Shown: piece after piece, positions 27,257 to 35,757 of the stretch
Numbering within the stretch: the first letter of the stretch is position 1
How the letters are laid out: the number at the start of each line of letters is the position of its first letter
Position numbers and translations under genes: made by a program
NCBI GenBank assembly: GCA_017450215.1
Contig: JAFSVH010000014.1
Span: 473-64,472, forward strand
Direction: 5' to 3'
DNA length: 64,000 nucleotides
DNA from: Bacilli bacterium
GTDB lineage: Bacteria > Bacillota_I > Bacilli_A > ML615J-28 > CAG-698
Notes under the pieces: model-generated
The model's database searches: none
Told to the model about the DNA's origin: nothing
Seen by the model: only the letters and a program-made list of their open reading frames with translations

Positions 27257-28747
27257 ATGTCTCAAGAAATAAATGAACAATTAAATGATCAAGAGTTAGT
27301 CAGAAGACAAAAGATGGCTGACTTGAGAGAAAAAGGAATTGATCCTTTTGGTCATGTCTTTGAAAGAAAAGATTACTCTGTTGATTTAAAGAATACTTAC
27401 AAAGATTTTGATAAAGATGCACTTCATGAAATGCATATTCCTGCAACTGTTGCTGGTCGTATTATGACTAAAAGAAGCAAAGGTAAAGCTGGTTTTATGC
27501 ACATTCAAGATAAATATGGAGAAATTCAAATCTATTGTAAACTAGATAATCTTGGTGAAGAAGCATATGAAGTTTTCCAAAAAGGTGATATTGGTGATAT
27601 CGTTGGTGTTGAAGGCGAAGTAATGATTACTAATACTGGTGAAGTATCAGTAAAAGCAATCAAATACACTCATTTATGTAAAGCATTAAGACCTCTTCCT
27701 GAAAAATTCCATGGTTTACAAGATAGAGAAGAAGCAAGACGTAGAAGATATGTTGATTTAATCATGAATGAAAATTCTAAACGTGTTGCCTTCTTAAGAC
27801 CAAAGATTGTTCGTGCTATCCAATCATTTATGGATGGTAGAGGTTACACTGAAGTTGAAACTTCAATTTTACAACCAATCTTAGGTGGAGCAAACGCAAA
27901 ACCTTTCATTACACATTACAATGCTCTAGATAAAGATTTCTATTTACGTATTGCAACTGAACTAGCACTTAAACGTTTAATCGTTGGTGGTATGGAAGCA
28001 GTATATGAAATTGGAAGATTATTTAGAAATGAAGGTATGGATTCAACTCATAATCCTGAATTCACAACAATGGAAGCATATCTTGCTTATTCAGATGTAT
28101 TCGGTATGATGGAACTTGTTGAAAGCTTAATCAAGCATTGTGCTATTACTTGTATTGGAACAACTGATATCGAATATCAAGGTAATGTAATTCATCTAGG
28201 TCAACAATTTAAACGTATATCTATGGTTGATGCAATTAAAGAAGTAACTGGTATTGATTTTTATACTAAGACATTAGATGAATGTTTAGCACTAACAAAA
28301 GAACATCAGATTCAAGTACAAGAACACGAAAAGACTTATGGCCATATCATTAATTTATTCTTTGAAAAATATGTTGAAGAAACATTAGTTCAACCAACTA
28401 TCGTTTATGGTCATCCAATTGAGATTTCTCCACTTGCAAAGAAATCAAAAGATGAAAGATTCACAGAAAGATTTGAACTATTCATCAATAAGCATGAATA
28501 TGCAAATGCCTTCACTGAATTAAATGACCCAATTGATCAAAGAGAAAGATTTGAAAATCAATTAAAAGAAAAAGAAAAAGGAAATGATGAAGCTTGTGAA
28601 CTTGATGTTGACTTCATCGAAGCATTAGAATATGGTATGCCACCTACAGGTGGAATCGGTATCGGTATCGATAGATTAGTTATGTTACTTGCTGGAATCG
28701 ATTCAGTTCGTGATGTAATCTTATTCCCACAAATGAAAAATAGATAA
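27257..28747 (+). CDS. lysS: lysine--tRNA ligase (class II)
   Basis: 496 aa. AGGAGG RBS. N-terminal OB anticodon-binding region. Class II motifs including [19 protein letters not shown] and [12 protein letters not shown]. Confidence 0.95.
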   Translation: MSQEINEQLNDQELVRRQKMADLREKGIDPFGHVFERKDYSVDLKNTYKDFDKDALHEMHIPATVAGRIMTKRSKGKAGFMHIQDKYGEIQIYCKLDNLGEEAYEVFQKGDIGDIVGVEGEVMITNTGEVSVKAIKYTHLCKALRPLPEKFHGLQDREEARRRRYVDLIMNENSKRVAFLRPKIVRAIQSFMDGRGYTEVETSILQPILGGANAKPFITHYNALDKDFYLRIATELALKRLIVGGMEAVYEIGRLFRNEGMDSTHNPEFTTMEAYLAYSDVFGMMELVESLIKHCAITCIGTTDIEYQGNVIHLGQQFKRISMVDAIKEVTGIDFYTKTLDECLALTKEHQIQVQEHEKTYGHIINLFFEKYVEETLVQPTIVYGHPIEISPLAKKSKDERFTERFELFINKHEYANAFTELNDPIDQRERFENQLKEKEKGNDEACELDVDFIEALEYGMPPTGGIGIGIDRLVMLLAGIDSVRDVILFPQMKNR

Positions 28748-28780
28748 TTATAAATAATTATTATAATTATATTAAAATTT

Positions 28781-28818
28781 GAGTTATTAAATTTAAATAA
28801 TTTAATAACTCTTTTTTT
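28781..28818 (+). terminator. rho-independent terminator of lysS
   Basis: Perfect 13-bp stem gagttattaaatt / aatttaataactc, 5-nt loop, followed by ttttttt. Confidence 0.7.
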
Positions 28819-28825
28819 ATTATCT

Positions 28826-28873
28826 AAAATAATAATTATTTAAAATAATAATCATTTAAAATAATAATCATTT
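28826..28873. repeat. three tandem copies of a 16-nt unit (aaaataataatcattt) directly upstream of the MATE promoter
   Basis: Copies at 28826-41 (one mismatch), 28842-57 and 28858-73. Confidence 0.7.
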
Positions 28874-28877
28874 TTAA

Positions 28878-28906
28878 TTGCATATTATAAATTACAAGAG
28901 TATAAT
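28878..28906 (+). promoter_or_regulatory. promoter of the MATE transporter gene
   Basis: TTGCAT, 17-nt spacer, TATAAT. Confidence 0.5.
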
Positions 28907-28921
28907 CTTGAAATTGTGGGG

Positions 28922-28939
28922 TTAAGTATTAATACTTAA
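28922..28939 (+). promoter_or_regulatory. perfect palindrome in the MATE 5' leader (candidate operator or leader hairpin)
   Basis: TTAAGTAT-TA-ATACTTAA, located between the predicted -10 and the ATG at 28956. Confidence 0.35.
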
Positions 28940-28955
28940 TTGAATAGGTCATTAT

Positions 28956-30395
28956 ATGCAATTACTACATCATGTAAAAATACACAATACAAATAATATT
29001 AACAAAAAGAAGAAAACAAAAGACCTAACTACTGGAAATCTATTTGTGAAAATATTGCTATTTTGTATTCCTCTTGCTTTAATGGGAATATTACAGCTTT
29101 TATTCAATACTGCTGACTTGATAGTCGTATCTCGGTACAGTGGTGATGAGGAAGCATTAGGTGCAATCGGATCAACAACAACATTAATTAATTTACTTGT
29201 TAATTTATTTATGGGATTATCAGTTGGTACAAACGTAGTTACAGCCAAATATTTTGGTGAGAAAAACTATGATGGAATTGGTAGAGTAGTTCATACAAGT
29301 ATTCTGATAAGTATCATCTTTGGTTTCTTTCTAGCAATTTTTGGTATCACATTTTGTGATTCACTGCTTACATTAATGCACAATGATCTTGAATTATCAA
29401 GAACTTATTTAAAAATATATTTTATTGGTATGCCATTTAACTTGCTTTACAATTTTGCTGCAGCAATATTAAGAGCTTTAGGTGATACTAAACGGCCTAT
29501 GATTTATTTAACAATAGGTGGAATAATTAATGTATTCTTAAATTTAATTTTTGTAATTCAATTTGATTTAAGTGTTGCAGGAGTTGCTATTGCTACTGTG
29601 ATATCACAAGTTATATCTTGTATTCTAATTATGATAACATTATATAGGAGTCATGAATGTTATCAATTTAGATTTTCAAAATTAATTGTAAGTAAAAAAG
29701 AATTATTAGAAATAATAAGAATTGGTCTACCTGCTGGTGTTCAATCTTCAATCTTTTCTATTTCTAATGTAATTATTCAGTCATCAGTTAACCTGTTTGG
29801 TTCTTCGGTTATGAATGGAAATACAGCCGCAACAAGTGTTGAAGGCTTTGTATATACATCAATGAATTCAGTATACCATGCTTCCCTTGCTTTTATTGGT
29901 CAGAACTATGGTGCCAAAAAAATCAAAAACATAAAGAAAGTAATTATCTACTGCCTAATAATAGTAACAATGATTGCAACTGTCTTAGGTGGAAGCTTAT
30001 TCTTATTACATGATTCAGTTTTAGGATTATATACGAATGTTCCTTTTGAAAAAGATGTTGCTTTTATTAGATTACATTATTTATGCTTACCTTACTTCTT
30101 ATGTGGAATAATGGATGTAATGTGTGGTTGCCTTCGTGGCTTAGGTTATTCAACCGCACCATTAATAGTAACAATAATTGGTGTAGTTGGATTTAGAATA
30201 TCTTGGATATATTTAATATTCTATAATAACTTATCAGATCCTCTCGTATATACTGATTTAAATCTTCTATTTGTTTCATATCCAATATCTTGGATAATAA
30301 CATTTACAGTTCATGTAATTACTTACTTTATTGTAAGAAAAAGAGTTTATAGAAAACTAGACCCAACTTTAGAACTTAAAAAAATACCTGCGTGA
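28956..30395 (+). CDS. MATE family efflux transporter
   Basis: 479 aa, about 12 TM helices. N-terminal LFCIPLALMGILQLLFNTADLIVVSR and repeat-half IIRIGLPAGVQ blocks typical of NorM/MATE proteins. Confidence 0.85.
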   Translation: MQLLHHVKIHNTNNINKKKKTKDLTTGNLFVKILLFCIPLALMGILQLLFNTADLIVVSRYSGDEEALGAIGSTTTLINLLVNLFMGLSVGTNVVTAKYFGEKNYDGIGRVVHTSILISIIFGFFLAIFGITFCDSLLTLMHNDLELSRTYLKIYFIGMPFNLLYNFAAAILRALGDTKRPMIYLTIGGIINVFLNLIFVIQFDLSVAGVAIATVISQVISCILIMITLYRSHECYQFRFSKLIVSKKELLEIIRIGLPAGVQSSIFSISNVIIQSSVNLFGSSVMNGNTAATSVEGFVYTSMNSVYHASLAFIGQNYGAKKIKNIKKVIIYCLIIVTMIATVLGGSLFLLHDSVLGLYTNVPFEKDVAFIRLHYLCLPYFLCGIMDVMCGCLRGLGYSTAPLIVTIIGVVGFRISWIYLIFYNNLSDPLVYTDLNLLFVSYPISWIITFTVHVITYFIVRKRVYRKLDPTLELKKIPA

Positions 30396-30413
30396 TATCA
30401 CACAGGTATTTTT
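30384..30413. terminator. bidirectional hairpin terminator overlapping the stops of two convergent genes
   Basis: atacctg-c-gtgat/atcac-a-caggtat followed by tttt. Spans the MATE TGA stop (30393-95) and ends at the stop of the minus-strand ORF (30412-14). Confidence 0.6.
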
Positions 30414-30963
30414 AATCTATTTTCATAGCTTCATATACTTCAACAAATATTTCATCAACACATTTATAATTTTTATCCATTGGCATAACAGATAATAATC
30501 TTTCGTTATATTCTTTAATTATCTCTTCTTTGCTCTCTTCATCTAGACTTAAATCACCTAATTTTATTTGTGTCAATTTTTTATCAATATCGTTAGAAAT
30601 ATAATTAAATTGTTCTTCTATTAATTCATTAAACACACCATCATCAATTAAATAATTTTTAATCTCACTTATATACATATCAAAATTAACTAATTCTTCA
30701 TAATATAAAAGCTTATGATAATTAGAATTAAAATATTCTTTGAAATATTCTTTTAATTCAGCAAAAAAATTAAATAGATAAGCATAACCAGTTTCAAAAA
30801 TAATACTCATATCATCATCAATATTGCTTTCATCTAAAGATGCAATATAATCTAATATTCTTAATACATCGAATATACGATTATAAATAAGAGAATCTTC
30901 GCATTTGATATGATTTATAAAGTCATCGTTTTGCTTTCTCCATGACAAAAAGTCATTAATCAT
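30412..30963 (-). CDS. hypothetical acidic cytoplasmic protein
   Basis: 183 aa, no TM helix and no motif recognised. Start overlaps the upstream stop (TAATG). Confidence 0.45.
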   Translation of the reverse strand: MINDFLSWRKQNDDFINHIKCEDSLIYNRIFDVLRILDYIASLDESNIDDDMSIIFETGYAYLFNFFAELKEYFKEYFNSNYHKLLYYEELVNFDMYISEIKNYLIDDGVFNELIEEQFNYISNDIDKKLTQIKLGDLSLDEESKEEIIKEYNERLLSVMPMDKNYKCVDEIFVEVYEAMKID

Positions 30964-31565
30964 TATTTCTTACCACCCTTAGATTTATCTTTTGCTTTCT
31001 TTTCCTTCATTTCTAAACGATATTCGCGTTTTACTTTTCCATATCGTTTATAATTAAGTTTACCTTTTTTATTCTTTGGTAAATTCTTTAATGCTAAAGA
31101 TCTAAAGTCTTCAATTGTCCCTTCAACAAAATCAGCTTTCTTAAGATATATTCCCGTATTATCTGTATTATAAATATAAATATATTCATCAGTTTCGCAA
31201 ATTGTATCTATATTATTCCAACCAAATACAGCTTTACCTGAAATTACATCATTACTTCTTGTAAATTTATATTTAGTTACTTCAATAGTATCTGTTGATT
31301 TTACTTTTTCAGGTGTCTCGTTTTTCACAACGTCATTTAATTTTGAAATAAACATAAATGCAGTTAAACCAAATGTTAAAGCGAGCATTATAACTGAAAA
31401 CAATGGACTTTGACCATTAAGTACATTAACTATTGTAAGTACTGTTAATAATACGATAAATCCAAACATGAAATATATTGTTAATTGTTTATGTAGCATA
31501 TAGAAAATTAAAAATTTTTTATTTTCTTTTCTTGAATATTTAGTTTTTGTGATTATTCTATCCAT
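30963..31565 (-). CDS. YcxB-like membrane protein
   Basis: 200 aa. Two TM helices, then ...GWNNIDTICETDEYIYIYNTDNTGIYLKKADF..., resembling the YcxB-like domain. Basic C-terminal tail. Confidence 0.45.
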   Translation of the reverse strand: MDRIITKTKYSRKENKKFLIFYMLHKQLTIYFMFGFIVLLTVLTIVNVLNGQSPLFSVIMLALTFGLTAFMFISKLNDVVKNETPEKVKSTDTIEVTKYKFTRSNDVISGKAVFGWNNIDTICETDEYIYIYNTDNTGIYLKKADFVEGTIEDFRSLALKNLPKNKKGKLNYKRYGKVKREYRLEMKEKKAKDKSKGGKK

Positions 31566-31627
31566 GGTTTTACCTCTTTTTTTCTATAACGATTATAACA
31601 TAATCTACTTAAAATACAAAGAATATA

Positions 31628-31656
31628 TTACTTTTTTCATTATATTATGTTATAAT
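31628..31656 (+). promoter_or_regulatory. promoter of hslO
   Basis: TTACTT, 17-nt spacer, TATAAT with TGt extended -10. Confidence 0.4.
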
Positions 31657-31693
31657 CTCTTATATTAAAATATAAAGATTATGGGGAAATGTT

Positions 31694-32569
31694 ATGGACA
31701 AACTATTAAAAGCACTGGCACTAGATGATCAAGTGAGAATTTATATTGTAAATAATACAGAAACTGTAAATGAAGCAATCAGACGTCATGATTTGTGGCC
31801 TTCCTCTGCTTCTGTTTTAGGTAAAATCTTAACTATGGGTGTGCTTATGGGAAGTATGCTTAAAGGGGAAGAAGCATTAACAATAAAATTACTTGGAAAC
31901 GGTCAAATTGGTAGAGTTATTGTTGATGCCCAAGCAAATGGTAATGTAAGAGGATATTGTGATAATCCACATATTAATTTTGTTAATAATGATGGTGGAT
32001 TAAACGATATCTACACACTTGGAAACGATGGTATGATTGATGTCATTAAAGATTTAAAAATGAAAGATTTATTCACTTCATCTATCCGCTTAACAGGTAA
32101 TATCGCAAGTGATTTTACTTATTATTTTCACGAAAGTGAACAAACTCTATCTTTAGTATCACTTGGAATCTTAATTAATCCTGAAAACAAATGTGAAGTA
32201 AGTGGAGGAATTATTGTACAACTCTTACCAAATGCAACTGAAGAAGCAATCAGCTTTTTAGAAAGTAAAATGGATTTATTTAATAATTTTAGCAAATCCC
32301 TATTATCAAAAGATTTACCTGAAATCTTAGATGAAATCTTTGATAACAAATTTGATTTATTAGAAGAAAAAGAAACAAGCTTCAAATGCACTTGCTCAAA
32401 AGAATCCTATTCTCGTTCTCTTCTTACATTAGGCTCAAAAACTTTACAAGAATTACTAGATGAAGATAAGGGAATCGATGCAGAATGCCATTATTGCGGA
32501 GAACATTATAAATTTAATGAAGATGAAATCAAAGCTTTAATTGAAGAAGCAAAAAAACAAAATAAATAA
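31694..32569 (+). CDS. hslO: Hsp33 family redox-regulated chaperone
   Basis: 291 aa. C-terminal CTCS...CHYCG zinc/redox switch cysteines. Confidence 0.9.
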   Translation: MDKLLKALALDDQVRIYIVNNTETVNEAIRRHDLWPSSASVLGKILTMGVLMGSMLKGEEALTIKLLGNGQIGRVIVDAQANGNVRGYCDNPHINFVNNDGGLNDIYTLGNDGMIDVIKDLKMKDLFTSSIRLTGNIASDFTYYFHESEQTLSLVSLGILINPENKCEVSGGIIVQLLPNATEEAISFLESKMDLFNNFSKSLLSKDLPEILDEIFDNKFDLLEEKETSFKCTCSKESYSRSLLTLGSKTLQELLDEDKGIDAECHYCGEHYKFNEDEIKALIEEAKKQNK

Positions 32570-32574
32570 AATTA

Positions 32575-32606
32575 AAACGGATTTTGAATCTTTTCAAAAT
32601 CCGTTT
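32575..32606. terminator. bidirectional terminator between convergent hslO and maf
   Basis: Perfect 14-bp stem aaacggattttgaa / ttcaaaatccgttt with a 4-nt loop. Confidence 0.7.
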
Positions 32607-32610
32607 ATTT

Positions 32611-33168
32611 TTATAATAATTTCTTTAATATCTGATTAATAGCACAAATTGGTAGGCCCATTACATTATAATAATCTCCCTCTATGCTACTGATATATTT
32701 TCCAAAATAACCTTGAATAGCATAAGCGCCTGCTTTATCGTATGGTTCATTCGTGTTTATATATTCCTCAATTTCATTTTCTTTTAAATAAACAACGTTA
32801 ACTTTTGCCTTTACAACTGAACTATATTCTCTATTGTTAAAAGTATCAATAATCACAAAAGCAGTATAAACATAATGATAGTCATCATTAATTAATTCTA
32901 TCATTTTTTTAGCATCCATTTTATCCTTAGGTTTACCTAAAATAATATCATTCTTTGTTACTACAATAGTATCAGCACAAAGAATAATAGCATCACCATC
33001 TACATTTATTGCTCTTGCTTTTTTCTTTGCAATTTCAAGCACTTTCTTTTCTGGATTATCTTCAATTACATTTTCATCGACATCGCTAACTACGATATCA
33101 AAATCATATCCAGCCATTTTTAATATTTCTGCTCTTCTTGGAGATTTAGAACCTAATATCAATTTCAT
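32611..33168 (-). CDS. maf: Maf-like nucleoside triphosphate pyrophosphatase
   Basis: 185 aa. LILGSKSPRRAEIL start, ADTIV, KAGAYAIQG blocks. Confidence 0.85.
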   Translation of the reverse strand: MKLILGSKSPRRAEILKMAGYDFDIVVSDVDENVIEDNPEKKVLEIAKKKARAINVDGDAIILCADTIVVTKNDIILGKPKDKMDAKKMIELINDDYHYVYTAFVIIDTFNNREYSSVVKAKVNVVYLKENEIEEYINTNEPYDKAGAYAIQGYFGKYISSIEGDYYNVMGLPICAINQILKKLL

Positions 33169-34151
33169 TTTCTTAATTCCTCAATAATTTCGTGACGCTT
33201 TTCTAAGCTTGGGAATGCACCATCATATAATTCCTTAGCCCAAATAATTGAACCAGTTGCAGGTGGTACATCAAGAATAATAAACTTACAATTTTTCTTA
33301 GTATATTTAAGTACTAATTCTTTAAATTTATCATTTAAAATTTGACAACTTGCTTTAACATACACAGAACCAATCATTACTACTTCTACTTCATCATCAA
33401 AATCTAAGCTCAAAATAGTTCCTGATACTGATCTTGCAAGATGACCAGCCATTTCTTCTAATATATTAATAGCAACTTCGTCACCTTTGCTTGCATATTT
33501 AAAACAAGCAAGTGTAAATTGATTATAATCTATTTTTCTTGATATGAATTTAGATACAATTGCATCTTCTAAATCAAATTTATCAGTAATACCGAAAGCA
33601 TTAAAAACTAAATCCTTTAATGCTGTTTCCTTACCCATTCTAAAGCAATAATCAAACACTCTTGCTACAACATTACGTGCAACTTCTCTACCCCCAGCAT
33701 AATCACCGGTAATACCACCGATGCCACCAACTTGAAGCACTTTACCGTTTTTATCAATTCCACCACAGCATGTTCCTGTTCCATTTACAGAACAAACACC
33801 ATAACCCTTTGTAGTTCCTGCTTTGATACCAATAAATGAATCATTATAAACAACAAATTTCTTGAATCCAATTTCTTTTATAATTTCAACAAGCTTCATA
33901 TGTTGACTTTCAACATCACAACCTGCAAGGCCAAAACATGCAGCATCGATATCACTAGGAGTTAAATTGTTTTCACCAAGAATAATACCAATTTCTTCAC
34001 TCATTATTTTCTTTGCCATCACAAAGCCTTCTCTAAATGCTTCATGACTACAAGTTCCACTTCTTCGTCTAGCTATTAATTTGCCTTCTGAACTAAATAG
34101 AAAATAATCAGTTTTAGTATTTCCACCATCAACACCAAATAAATATCCCAT
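33165..34151 (-). CDS. BadF/BadG/BcrA/BcrD-type ATPase, N-acetylglucosamine (amino-sugar) kinase-like
   Basis: 328 aa. LFGVDGGNTKT phosphate-1 motif, GLAGCD and NGTG blocks of the ASKHA fold. ATGA overlap with maf, TAATG overlap with the GH4 gene. Confidence 0.7.
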   Translation of the reverse strand: MGYLFGVDGGNTKTDYFLFSSEGKLIARRRSGTCSHEAFREGFVMAKKIMSEEIGIILGENNLTPSDIDAACFGLAGCDVESQHMKLVEIIKEIGFKKFVVYNDSFIGIKAGTTKGYGVCSVNGTGTCCGGIDKNGKVLQVGGIGGITGDYAGGREVARNVVARVFDYCFRMGKETALKDLVFNAFGITDKFDLEDAIVSKFISRKIDYNQFTLACFKYASKGDEVAINILEEMAGHLARSVSGTILSLDFDDEVEVVMIGSVYVKASCQILNDKFKELVLKYTKKNCKFIILDVPPATGSIIWAKELYDGAFPSLEKRHEIIEELRK

Positions 34152-35461
34152 TAGTTTTCAGCCTTCTTTGCATCCTTAAATTGTGGCAAGTATTCACGAT
34201 GTGCTTCTAACAACTCAAAGAAACAATCATATGCTTTATCATAATCGAATACAAGTGGATTAACCATTAGTGCATACATTGCCTCATGTACACTACCAGT
34301 CATAGCAGCTTTAACAGCATGCTTTTCATAATTCTTAATTGTCTTAATAAGTTCAATTATAGATTGATTATGGAACTTAGGATCAATTGGAATTGGTTTA
34401 GCTCCATCCTTACCAATAATAGCACTAATTTCAACTGCATCATTATCACCTAAGAATGGCATAGCTCCATGATTCAAAATATTAACAACTTGGATGTTTT
34501 GTCTATCATTATAAATTGCATCAATTAAATTAATTGCAACTTCAGAATATCTTGCTCCACCACGTTTACTTAATAATTCAGGCTTAGTATTAACTTCACT
34601 ATTAGAATAAATTTCTAATAATTGTTCTTCAATTTCCATACATACTTCGCCCCGACACTTTTCAGCATGAATTGCTTTATCAACCATCTTATCTTTATGA
34701 TAATAGTAATTTAAATAACTAGTTGGAATAGCACCACATGTAGCAATTAATTCTTTAGAGAATCCAAGAGTTGGAATATTTTTCATATTTCCACTATCTA
34801 AACCTTGTTTAATTGCTTCTTCTAAATAATCTTTACCTTGATATTCAACTTTTGTTATCCACGCAAGGTGGTTAAGCCCCATGTATTCTACAAAAGCTTC
34901 TTTAGGTAAATTTAATTGTCTTCTTACACTATCAACTGAATTAATTGGAACATTACATAAACCAATCATTTTAATTGGTGAATTATTAAGTACTGCTTCA
35001 GCAATCATACCACTTGGATTTGAAAAATTAATTAGCCATGCATCAGGACATAATTTTTCCATTCTTTTACAAATATCTAAAATAACAGGAATAGTTCTAA
35101 GTCCTTTAAAGAAGCCACCAATACCATTTGTTTCTTGACCTAATAAACCATATTTAGCTGGAATCTTTTCATCTTTAACTCTAGCTGGAAGTTTACCAAC
35201 TCTAATTTGAGCACAAACAAATGATGCATCTTTAAGTGCTAAATCTAAATCTTTGGTTAGTACAACATCTGTATCCATTTCAGCATGTTTAAACATTCTT
35301 TGGCAAAGTCCACCAACGATGTTTAATTTTCTATCATCAATATCCATTAAATATAATTCTTTTAGTGGAATATCGTTTTTATGATTAATAAAACCTTCCA
35401 TTAACTCTGGTGAGTAAGTGGAACCAGCTCCAATAATTGCAATCTTAATTCCTTCTTGCAT
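34151..35461 (-). CDS. GH4 family 6-phospho-glycosidase (6-phospho-beta-glucosidase / ChbF-like)
   Basis: 436 aa. KIAIIGAGSTYSPEL NAD-binding start and IGLCNVPIN catalytic-Cys block typical of GH4. Confidence 0.8.
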   Translation of the reverse strand: MQEGIKIAIIGAGSTYSPELMEGFINHKNDIPLKELYLMDIDDRKLNIVGGLCQRMFKHAEMDTDVVLTKDLDLALKDASFVCAQIRVGKLPARVKDEKIPAKYGLLGQETNGIGGFFKGLRTIPVILDICKRMEKLCPDAWLINFSNPSGMIAEAVLNNSPIKMIGLCNVPINSVDSVRRQLNLPKEAFVEYMGLNHLAWITKVEYQGKDYLEEAIKQGLDSGNMKNIPTLGFSKELIATCGAIPTSYLNYYYHKDKMVDKAIHAEKCRGEVCMEIEEQLLEIYSNSEVNTKPELLSKRGGARYSEVAINLIDAIYNDRQNIQVVNILNHGAMPFLGDNDAVEISAIIGKDGAKPIPIDPKFHNQSIIELIKTIKNYEKHAVKAAMTGSVHEAMYALMVNPLVFDYDKAYDCFFELLEAHREYLPQFKDAKKAEN

Positions 35462-35472
35462 AATTTACCTCT

Positions 35473-35748
35473 CTATTTATTTTCAATATCTCTATTAACT
35501 TCTTGAACACTTATTAATTCATACATCTTATCTGCATCTTCTTTTTTTGCATAATTAGATACATCTAATACTTTAATAGTAACTTCTCTTTTGAAATACT
35601 TAATCACAACAATATCATTTACTTTAACATCATAACTCGGTTTAACAGGGCGCCCATTAACGAACACCCTGCTTTCATCAGCTGCTTCATTAGCAACTGC
35701 TCTTCTCTTAATAATACGAGATACTTTTAAATATTTATCAATTCTCAT
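35473..35748 (-). CDS. rqcP: S4-domain RNA-binding protein, YabO/RqcP-type
   Basis: 91 aa. MRIDKYLKVSRIIKRRAVANEA... closely parallels B. subtilis YabO as I remember it. Confidence 0.7.
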   Translation of the reverse strand: MRIDKYLKVSRIIKRRAVANEAADESRVFVNGRPVKPSYDVKVNDIVVIKYFKREVTIKVLDVSNYAKKEDADKMYELISVQEVNRDIENK

Positions 35749-35757
35749 ATTCCATTG

